Source of the DNA: an uncultured Verrucomicrobiae bacterium
Lineage (GTDB): Bacteria > Verrucomicrobiota > Verrucomicrobiia > Limisphaerales > Palsa-1400
Direction of reading: 5' to 3'
Length of the DNA stretch: 64,000 nt
NCBI GenBank assembly: GCA_963702845.1
Contig: OY969763.1
Coordinates: forward strand, 3,744,001-3,808,000
The position numbers and the translations under genes were made by a program. The notes beneath the pieces are model-generated. The model was not told the DNA's origin. It worked only from the letters and a program-made list of their open reading frames with translations, and ran no database searches. Of the stretch, positions 23,018 through 31,800 are shown one piece after another. How positions within the stretch are numbered: the stretch's first letter is position 1; every line of letters begins with the position of its first letter.

Positions 23018-23881
23018 ATGAGCGGTGATTTCCCAAATGGACGCGGCCGACCGCCCGCAACGCACGAAAAACGTAATGCATTTACGTTGATCGAACTCCT
23101 CGTCGTCGTTGCCATCATCGCGGTGCTGGCTTCCCTCCTGTTACCCACTCTGGCGGGTGCAAAACAAAGGGCCCGCACCATCTCCTGCCAAAACAACCTT
23201 AAACAACTCCAACTCTGTTGGCACATGTATCCGGGCGATTATCTCGACTACCTCGTGCCCAACGCGTTTGTTTACAACTTCGGGACACAAAGCAATAACG
23301 GTTACATCAACCAATACTCATGGTGTTCCGGGAGCGCGCGCACCGACACCAACACCGACAATCTCAAAACGGGTCTGCTCTTTCCCTACAATACACAACC
23401 CGGCATTTACCATTGTCCCGCTGACTCTTCTACAGTCGAAGACGGCTCTGGGAACAAAATGTCCCAGCTTCGCAACCGCAGTTACAACATGAGTCAATCA
23501 GTTAATGCCTACGGCTGGGTTTTCAATCCCTACACCGGAACGAGCATCGGTGACCGGCAGCCCTGTTTCGAGAAACTGACCCAGATTACCAATCCCCCGC
23601 CCTCCCAGCTCTTCGTCTTCGTCGACGAGCATGAAGATACCTTATACGACGCTCAGTTCGGCTTTCCACAACCACCGGAAGACAGCCAGTGGTGGGACAT
23701 GCCGGCCGACCGCCACAACCAGGGCGCGAACTTTTCCTTCGCCGACGGTCACGTCGAACGCTGGAAATGGAAAGTGCCCAAGAAAGTCCAGTTTTTGGGA
23801 CAATCGGTGAAGACCAATCCGGACGAATATCCAGACTATCGTCGGATCCAAAACGCCATGCGCGTTCTTTCAGAGTTCTAA
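23018..23881 (+). CDS. Prepilin-type N-terminal methylation domain protein with H-X9-DG motif
   Basis: [43 protein letters not shown]. Confidence 0.92.
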   Translation: MSGDFPNGRGRPPATHEKRNAFTLIELLVVVAIIAVLASLLLPTLAGAKQRARTISCQNNLKQLQLCWHMYPGDYLDYLVPNAFVYNFGTQSNNGYINQYSWCSGSARTDTNTDNLKTGLLFPYNTQPGIYHCPADSSTVEDGSGNKMSQLRNRSYNMSQSVNAYGWVFNPYTGTSIGDRQPCFEKLTQITNPPPSQLFVFVDEHEDTLYDAQFGFPQPPEDSQWWDMPADRHNQGANFSFADGHVERWKWKVPKKVQFLGQSVKTNPDEYPDYRRIQNAMRVLSEF

Positions 23882-24001
23882 CTTACGACTTCTTTGCAGG
23901 GCTTCTCGTGGATTTGACTAAAAAACATTCGGGTTTGCGTCCGCATTGTCAATAACAGCATATGTGCGAAATTTTGGCGGAACCTCTAAGGAGTAGCATA
24001 T

Positions 24002-24442
24002 ATGAAAAGACAAATCAGAATGATCATGTTGGTCGCAGTTTCGGTTTTGGGAGTCGGGACGTTAATGACGACGGGTTGCAAGAGCTCGGGAAGTGAAACA
24101 CATCGCACTACCGGCACCTATGTGGATGACTCGGCGATTACATCGAAGATCAAATCCAAGTTGATCGGAGACAGCGTCGTGAAAGCGCACGAAATCAATG
24201 TGGACACCTTCCAGGGCAACGTGCAGCTGAACGGCTTTGTTGACAACGCACAGCAAAAACAACGCGCCGAAGAAATCGCGCGCAATACGGCTGGCGTCAT
24301 CAACGTGCAAAACAATCTGCAACTGCGTCCGGAAGCAGCCGGTGCGGGTCGCGCCTACACCACGCACAACAACAGCAGCGCACAAATTCAGGGCCAGGCA
24401 GGTGGCGCAAAAGTCGAAGCTCAAATCAATACCAATCCGTAA
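24002..24442 (+). CDS. BON domain (OsmY-like) lipoprotein
   Basis: AAGGAG RBS, lipobox TTGC, DDSAITSKIK...GNVQLNGFV. Confidence 0.9.
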   Translation: MKRQIRMIMLVAVSVLGVGTLMTTGCKSSGSETHRTTGTYVDDSAITSKIKSKLIGDSVVKAHEINVDTFQGNVQLNGFVDNAQQKQRAEEIARNTAGVINVQNNLQLRPEAAGAGRAYTTHNNSSAQIQGQAGGAKVEAQINTNP

Positions 24443-24534
24443 CCGAACTTTAGGGAGGGACGGTTACGGACCGGGAGTTCCGGCGCCGCAACCGTCCGCT
24501 CTGCTGGCCGGTCGGGAAAAACAAAAAGGATAAA

Positions 24535-25107
24535 ATGAAAACCATTAATAACATTATTTTAGCATCAGCACTCTCGTTGGTGTTCGTCGGCTGCGCGGGA
24601 GACCGTTACCATCGGTCCACCGGCGCCTACTTCGATGACAAAGCAACCACCGCAAAGGTGAAAACAGACCTGCTCGTCTCCCCAGACGTTAAAGGCAGAG
24701 ACGTCAAAATAGAAGTCTACCAGGGCAGAGTGCAACTGGCAGGTTTCGTCGACAGCCAGCACGAGAAGGATTGCGCAGGTAATATCGCTCGCCGTGTCAA
24801 CGGCGTGCAATGGGTTAAGAACGACCTCGTCGTGAAGAACCAGTTGCCAGCAGCTCCATGTGTGCCTGTCTCGCAGACGCAGACAACAACACGGACTACG
24901 GTTACTACCACGAGTTCGGTCAATGAACCTGCAGGCGCGAGCAACACGCAAGGCAGTTCCGGCGGTGGCATTGGCGTAGGTGCCCACGTCGGGCCTGTCG
25001 GGGCAGGAGTCAATGTCGGTGGCGGAACCGGCGTTGGAGCGGGTGCCCATGTCGGCTCCGTTGGTGCAGGTGTCAACGTTGGTGGCGCGCCCAAAAACAA
25101 CCCATAA
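24535..25107 (+). CDS. BON domain lipoprotein with Gly/Val-rich tail
   Basis: Lipobox FVGC, DDKATTAKVK...GRVQLAGFV; repeated GVGAHVG/GAGVNVGG tail. Confidence 0.88.
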   Translation: MKTINNIILASALSLVFVGCAGDRYHRSTGAYFDDKATTAKVKTDLLVSPDVKGRDVKIEVYQGRVQLAGFVDSQHEKDCAGNIARRVNGVQWVKNDLVVKNQLPAAPCVPVSQTQTTTRTTVTTTSSVNEPAGASNTQGSSGGGIGVGAHVGPVGAGVNVGGGTGVGAGAHVGSVGAGVNVGGAPKNNP

Positions 25108-25155
25108 AGTTGATGCGCTGATGCGACGCCGAGATTCGGCCCCGGGAGATGGATT

Positions 25156-25314
25156 ATGCCGATGGCAATTTGGTGGGTGGCGGGGTTTGTAGCCGTCCTG
25201 CTGGTTCTCCTCCCGCACTGGGGTTACTCAGGCAAATGGCAGCATAACCTGGGCTCCGCTGTTGGGATCATTCTGATAATCTGTTTGGTCTTGATCGTGT
25301 TAGGCAGGATCAAA
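25156..25314 (+). CDS. DUF3309-like small membrane protein; expected stop after LGRI is absent, ORF reads on to 25566
   Basis: LLPHWGYS..W...GIILII.LVLIVLGRI pattern; terminator hairpin directly follows. Confidence 0.6.
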
Positions 25315-25323
25315 CAAATCGAG

Positions 25324-25356
25324 AAAATCGCCGATGCAAAAACATCGGCGATTTTT
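25324..25356. terminator. Bidirectional-type intrinsic terminator
   Basis: aaaatcgccgatg/catcggcgatttt perfect stem. Confidence 0.75.
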
Positions 25357-25562
25357 GCTTTTCCAATCGGACCTCATCCTCGTCCGTCGCCGTCGGCTCG
25401 TATGGAGTTCCGCCTTCAGGCGGCTTCCGGATCAACAACACCGTTTTGTTTACCTCAACCGCATCCCAAACTCACCACACTTGCCAATTCACTTGACACA
25501 ATTACCCCAACCGCTCACGCTCCGCACGGCTCCCCAAACAAACGACAACTTATGATTCGTTT

Positions 25563-27172
25563 ATGAAAACCACTACCCCTGTATCTGTCCACGCACCGTC
25601 AAGCTGCTATTCCCGTTAGTCGCAGCTTTCCACCTTGCATCCGGCCTCGAACCCGCGCACGCACGTCCGCTCGGCATCGACGTCTCCAGCTTTCAAGGCT
25701 CGGGCGTCAACTGGTCCAGCGTTAAAAGCGCCGGACGAAGCTTTGCCTGGGCCAAGGCCACCGAAGGCGTCACCATCAATGACTCCACTTTTGCCGGGAA
25801 TGAGAGTCACGGCAAATCCGCCGGAGTAATCATGGGCGCATACCACTTCGCCCATCCCGAATCCAACAGCGGCGGCACCGAAGAAAATCATTTTTGGGCG
25901 GCCGCCGGCGGCTATATAAAAGCCGATGGCAAAACGCTTATGCCGATGCTGGACGTCGAAGTCTTCAGCGGCCACGTTGGCGCCAGCAGTTATTCCGACT
26001 GGGCCAATCAATTCAACAACGCCCTTGTCGCCGACGCCAAAGCTACCGGCGTCAAAATCACTCCATTCATCTACACCAGCTCCTGCAGCGCCTGCAACTT
26101 CAACTCCTCGGTTGCCGGGTGGGGTGCCGATCTAGCCAATTATAATGGCGAAAGTTCGCAAACCGGTAATCCATGGAACGTCTGCACCAGTTGCGAAGCC
26201 TGGGGTGCCGGCGCCTGGGATGCCTGGCAATATACCGATTCCGCCTCGGTCTCCGGAGTTTCTGGTGGCGTCGATGCTGATGTCATCAATGGGACGGTTG
26301 CCACTTGGACTGCCACCTCGCGAGTCATTGCCGCTTCCAAACTCCGCGTTGACTTCAACAACGACGGCCGCGACGACTACGCCTTCTTCAGACCGTCCGA
26401 CGGCACTTGGCACATCAACTTCAGTTCCGCTCTGGGCGACCACACCTTCCAATACGGACAAAACGGCGACATTCCACTGCTCGGCGGTGATTTCAGTGGC
26501 GACGGCGCAGCCGACGCCGTCGTCTTCCGTCCATCAAACGCCACTTGGTATATTCGCTTCAGCGACGACGCCAGCAGTCACAGCTTCAGCTTCGGCCAAA
26601 CCGGCGACATCCCGCTACTCGGCGGTGACTTCGACGACGACGGCGTTCCCGACGCGGTCCTCTTCCGTCCATCCACTGCGATGTGGTACGTCCGTTTCAG
26701 TTCCGACGGCGGCGTCCACAACTTTTCCTTCGGCCAAGGCGGCGACATTCCTTTGATCAATGGCGACTTCAACGGTGACGGCGCTCCGGACGCCGTTCTC
26801 TTCCGCCCATCCACTTCAACTTGGTATGTGCGCTTCAGCTCCGACGCCAGCGTCCACAGCTTCCAATTCGGAACCACCGGCGACATCCCGGTCCTCGGCG
26901 GCGACTACGACGGCGACGGCGCACCCGACGCCCAAATCTTCCGTCCCTCCGACGGTACCTGGCACATCCGCTTCAGCACCGACGGCTCCGACCACGTCTT
27001 CCAATTCGGAACCAACGGCGACAAACCTTGGGGCGGATACATCACTGCCGACCACAAAGTCGACGCCATCCTCTATCGCCCATCAACCGGCGTCTACTAC
27101 GTGCGCGACAGCGTGACCGGCACCTACACCTCCACCCAACTCGGCACCAGCACCGACATCCCGGTCCATTAA
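25563..27172 (+). CDS. Secreted GH25 muramidase with FG-GAP-like repeats; frameshift in the first ~10 codons
   Basis: In-frame upstream of the called ATG: signal-like KLLFPLVAAF..AHA, GIDVSSFQ, KATEG; then GAYHF, LDVE, WQY; C-terminal GDF.GDG.PD...FRPS..TW repeats. Confidence 0.85.
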
Positions 27173-27192
27173 AAAAGAATCCGCAGATCCAG

Positions 27193-27349
27193 GTAGGGCC
27201 CGTCGCTCCGCGAGGGCCGTCTCATTCTCAGGTAGGGCCCGTCGCGCGGTTCGCGGCAGCGAACATCAAAATATTTGTTCAAATCTCACGCGGGCCGCTC
27301 TTCTATTCTAATATCCCAAAAACGGGCCGCGCAGCGCGACGGCCCCTAC
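27193..27349. repeat. Cluster of three GTAG REP palindromes flanking the RAYT 3' end
   Basis: GTAGGGCCCGTCGC at 27193 and 27232; inverted copy 27324-27349 whose TAG is the RAYT stop codon. Confidence 0.85.
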
Positions 27350-27728
27350 CACTTCGGCCTCTCCCCATCCGCAAAATAAACAAACGCCCAATCCTCCGCC
27401 TTCACGACCAAATTCTTCCGCACCGGATTATGCAAAATATAATTCGCCTTCTCCATTCGACTCTCCTCGCTCCGCAACCGATGCTCAAAAAAATTCTTCT
27501 GCCACTCAATCCCGATGCCCTTCGCCGTCCACTCTTTCCATTTCGAAATCACGATCAACATCGTTTTGTCCGATGGCGGAAACGAAAGAAGCGCATGCAC
27601 ATGATCCGGCATGATCAAAAACAAATGTGGCCACCAAAGAAGTTTCTCCTGCCGATGCCGCACCGTCTCAAACAACCGGTTCGCGACCTCTGGCACCGCC
27701 AACTGATTGACCCCGCGTTTGTCGCAAG
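27346..27728 (-). mobile_element. REP-associated tyrosine transposase (RAYT, HUH Y1), apparently 5'-truncated
   Basis: IMPDHVH HUH motif, WQKNFFEHRLR, YILHNPVR catalytic Tyr motif; adjacent REPs. Confidence 0.85.
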
Positions 27729-27926
27729 GTGCTAAATCGGTCCAAACCCAAAATTGTGAGTGAAGCCCTGTCAGCCCAACAACGCCGCGACAATCAGGAA
27801 AATGTCGTGGCTCGTGCAGGTGATCTGGTTGGAGAATCTGCAAGGAACGAAAAAATTCAGGGCTCGTAGCGGTGTTCCTGACGGACTAAGGCGCTTTGGT
27901 TTCGCTATTCTTTGCGACGTGTCTGA

Positions 27927-28259
27927 TCAGGGCTTGCTTGTCTTCTTACGTTTCTTGTTCGGCGCAGCCTGTGCAATTGCGCTCAATATCGCCGGCAGAT
28001 TCTCGATGGTGACCAACTGTCCTTCGTCGACGATGTAATGGGGCTTTGCTCCCGGATAAGGCGCGCCCTTTTCACAAACGTTCTCCAGTTCGCTGCTGGC
28101 AGGAACGATCTTCACATAGAACAAATTGTCGCAAATGAGTCCAACCACCTTGCCGTCGGCATACAACGCGTATTCGCCGAACATCGCGCGCGCAGCAAAG
28201 TCACCGCGTCCGCGCAGCCTCTCCAAAATGAATTCAACCGTTTCCTTGCATGTCGCCAT
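27927..28259 (-). CDS. TfoX/Sxy N-terminal domain protein
   Basis: ARAMFGEYALYADGKVVGLICDNLFYVK; PYPGAKP. Confidence 0.88.
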   Translation of the reverse strand: MATCKETVEFILERLRGRGDFAARAMFGEYALYADGKVVGLICDNLFYVKIVPASSELENVCEKGAPYPGAKPHYIVDEGQLVTIENLPAILSAIAQAAPNKKRKKTSKP

Positions 28260-28409
28260 AAGGGCTTCAATCAATGTCAGGCGCTGACTCTCTTCTCCGT
28301 TGTTCGCCCGACGGCTGCACCATTACCATACTGAAATGGAAGTAACACTGCCAAAGCCTTTAGAAGCGCGGCTCTCGCCGAACTTGCTTCGCCAGTTTAC
28401 TACATAATA

Positions 28410-28512
28410 TTGACACACCGTAACTTTACTATACAATCCCTTCAGCCGCCGGTCCTTACCGGCACTGGGGACCGTCAAAAATGTGCGACTTTCCCCGGTT
28501 CGTTCTTTGAAA
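28410..28512 (+). promoter_or_regulatory. Stable-RNA-type promoter, hairpin and boxA-like element (locus A)
   Basis: TTGACA 28410-15, 16 bp, TACAAT 28432-37, hairpin 28448-63, CGTTCTTTGAAA 28501-12. Confidence 0.6.
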
Positions 28513-28547
28513 ACCGCACCAAAAGTGCAACTTAATCCCCACCGAAA

Positions 28548-28762
28548 GTGGAACAATGTGCGGGAATGTGGGACAATGTGTGACAATGTGCGACTTTCCC
28601 GTGATATTTTTAGTCCGCATTGCGAGGCCGACGTTCGGCCTTTGACAAAAGTAGAAACATTTCCTTCTACGGTGGCCGCGTGCAAACGCCTCCACTTGGC
28701 AACTAATTGCCGGAAGTAGAAGGAAGTTGCCAGAAGTAGAAACATTCCGACGATATTTTTTC
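28548..28762 (+). repeat. Two 10-bp-period repeat blocks (..caATGTG and ..GAAGT(A/T)G), each followed by GATATTTTT
   Basis: gaacaatgtg cgggaatgtg ggacaatgtg tgacaatgtg cgactttccc; cggaagtaga aggaagttgc cagaagtaga. Confidence 0.8.
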
Positions 28763-28874
28763 GAGGAGCCAATGCCGATCAGACGACGCGCGCGGAGCCG
28801 GAACGTCCGGTTCGCCAACGCGCCCTACCTATGTGAAACCGGGGAGCGCCGAGTTCAGTCTGCTCCGGCCTTCC

Positions 28875-31800
28875 TCATGGAATTACCTGGACGCGATAGA
28901 GCTGGACGGTGTTCGTCGAGGTCGGCGTTTGCGTAAACGTTTGAGTGGATGCCTGGCCCGGCGGCGCGGGGTCGGTTTCGGTCGCGGCATCACGAGCGAT
29001 GTCGGTGAAGGGACCGCCGGCGCTCGAGGCGTATTGCAACCGGTATCGCTTGCCACCGATGGACGACCATGTGACGGTCAGCTGTCCATCCGGTTGCATG
29101 TTCGCGTCGAGAATCCGGAATGCGGACGTGGCGCTAGTCGGATCTGTCCCCGCGAGGTATTCGGCGTAATTACTTTGTCCATCGCCATCGTTATCGGCGG
29201 CAGAGTCGGTGATGCCGTAACGTGCTTTCCATTTCTCATAATCCCCTGCACTCACCAGGAAGGGATGGGTAGAGCCAGCGGAAGAATCCAGTTCAGCCGG
29301 CGTCAGCACTCGATTGTGGAAGCGTATGCGATCGAGATTGCCGGTGAACCAATTCGCGCCCTCCGATGCCGCTCCGATGGTAATCTCCCCACTTGTGCGA
29401 TAGCCCGCCCCGTTGGTGTAAACCACGGTGGCGGAGAGCGCCCCATCAATATAAAATTTCATGTCCGTGCCATCGGTGTGAACGACGGCCACATGATGCC
29501 ACGCTGCGTCATTCGGGACGGTCGCGGTGCTGGCGATGTCCTTAATCTTGAAGGTGGTGGTGAATAGCGTCCGGTTGGTGTTGATCGAAAATGCGAATCC
29601 CGGTTTGCGCTCGTATTGGAATAGAATAGCCCTTTGCGCCGGCGCGTAATTCAACGGCAGTTTTACCCAGGCCTCGAGGGTGTAGTCATCGTTGAACGGA
29701 TTAGGGCCGATGATCTGTTTCGGATCGGGAACGGTTATTTTTTTGAAGCCATTGAAATTGAGTGAGAAATCGCCGGTGTGACCGCTGGGTGAGTTGGTGT
29801 TCCACGGCGGTGTCGTTGTGCCGTCGGATTGCAAGCCGCCGACGGCATCGGTCACAGTCGTTCCCGTGCCCTCATCAAATGGGAAAGAGAATCCGATCGA
29901 ATGATTGGTCGTGCTGGTCAGGATGAAATCCGTGATCACCGGGTAATGGTCCGAAGCTTCAATCGTGTAGCCAACGAAAGCGTTGGTGGGCTTGATCGTC
30001 GTCCCGGTCGCCTTCCAAATGTAATCGATTCGCGCATTCAAATTATTCGGATATCCCGGCGAGGGAACCGTCCGGCCCAGGCCCCCATCTCCGGCGGTCG
30101 TCCAGCTATCATTCCAACTATCGTCCATTCGGCTGTAAACCGAGCTGTCGGGCGTGTCATTGAAATCCCCGCAAATCATCGTCGGAAAAGTTTCATCCAA
30201 GAGCCAGAGGTTGATGTTTGTCGCGCACATCAGCCGCTCGGTGCTGTCGGCGTGGAAATCCAAATGCGTGCTCTCGAAGGTGACGTACTTGCCGTTGACA
30301 TCGACGATCGCCTTGAGCCAGCCGCGTTGTTCGTTGCCGTTGATGTTCGGCAAGAGACGGTGATCGCGGAATAAAATCGGGAAGCTCGACAGGATTGCGT
30401 TTCCAAATTCCTGGCCAGCGGGGAGGCCTTGCATGTTGTTGCTGAAAACGAAGGGCAGGCCGGTTTTTTGCGAGATTTCGGCGATGATGTCGCGACCATT
30501 TGAGCGCGGCATGTTGCGAGCAACTTCGTTAAGAGAGATCAAATCGATGTGGTTTGTGGTGATGAAATTCGAGACGCGCGTTGTATCGATGTTGCCGGTT
30601 ACCGGGTCTGCGCCGGAGTGGATGTTGTAAGTCATCACGCGGAAGATGCTGTTGGTTTCCACGGCAATGACTTTGAGTGCGACGACGCCGGGAGTAATGA
30701 AAATCAGTGCGCGAAGGTTGGCTTTCAACCCCGAGCCGGTGATGACGGGGGTGAGGTTGAATGTGCCACTTCGCGTGCCGGTGTAGGTGAGCAGCGAGTA
30801 ACTTCCCGCGCCGAGTGTTCCGCCGGAGATGTTCACGGTGATCGTATTATTGTTGAGGGTCAGACCGCCGGTCACGCTGATGGCGCCGACGGCTCCGGTG
30901 GCGCCGTTGACTGGAATCGAAAGGCTGGAGCCGGAACCGAACGTCGTCGAACCGTTGATCGTGCCCGTTCCGGAGGCTGCCTCGCGTGTGACGGTTTGCG
31001 AGGCCGCAAAAGCAAAACCGGACGAAACGTTTAGCGTCGTGCCGCTGGCAATTGTGATCAGTGGCGAACTGGCGATGGAGCCGCTTGATCCAATCGTCAA
31101 AGCGCCGGAGTTGATCGTGGTGTTGCCGGTGTAGGTGTTGGCGGCGCTCAAGGTAAGCGTTCCCGCGTCGTTCTTCGTCAATGCTCCAGCACCACTGACT
31201 ACGCCACTGATTGTCGTGTTTCCGATGCCATCAACACTCAGCGTCTGGCCACCGCTGACGCCTCCGCTGATTGTTAGTGTTCCCGAATCAGATTGGACGG
31301 TTGACGCGCTACCGAGGGTAACGATTCCGCTCCAGCTATTATTGCCGCTGATGTTTCGCAACGCTCCGTTTCCGCTGATGCCGCTTCCATTAATTGTCAG
31401 CGGCTGAGCGCTGACGGCGATGCCGCCTTGCAGTTCCAAAGCGGTACCGCTGCTCACGCTCACCGCTCCTGCTCCGCCGAGCGCAGTGGCATTCTGAACA
31501 TTCAACACGCCACTGTTCACCGCCGTTGCACCGGTGAAAGTGCTCGCGCTGCTCAAGGTCAATGTGCCCGAACCCGCTTTGGCCAGACTCCCCGTCCCTG
31601 AAATGCTCCCCGCGTAGGTTGTCGAGTTACCGTCACCAACGGTCAACGTGCCCGCACCGAGATTGATCAGACTGCCCGTGCTGCCGGACAGAGAACCAAT
31701 CGTTTCGTTAAACCCATTCAAGTCCAACAGGCCACTGGCAGAAATCGTTACCGCCGAGGTTGAGATTTGATCGGCCGCCGCGAGTCGGACCACGTCCGCG

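Noticed and set aside
26340..27170. ~120-126-bp DNA repeats resembling an array
   Set aside because: Explained by in-frame FG-GAP-like protein repeats
28323..28818. ORFs overlapping locus A
   Set aside because: Several overlapping frames, no RBS or motifs, no similarity to ORFs at locus B
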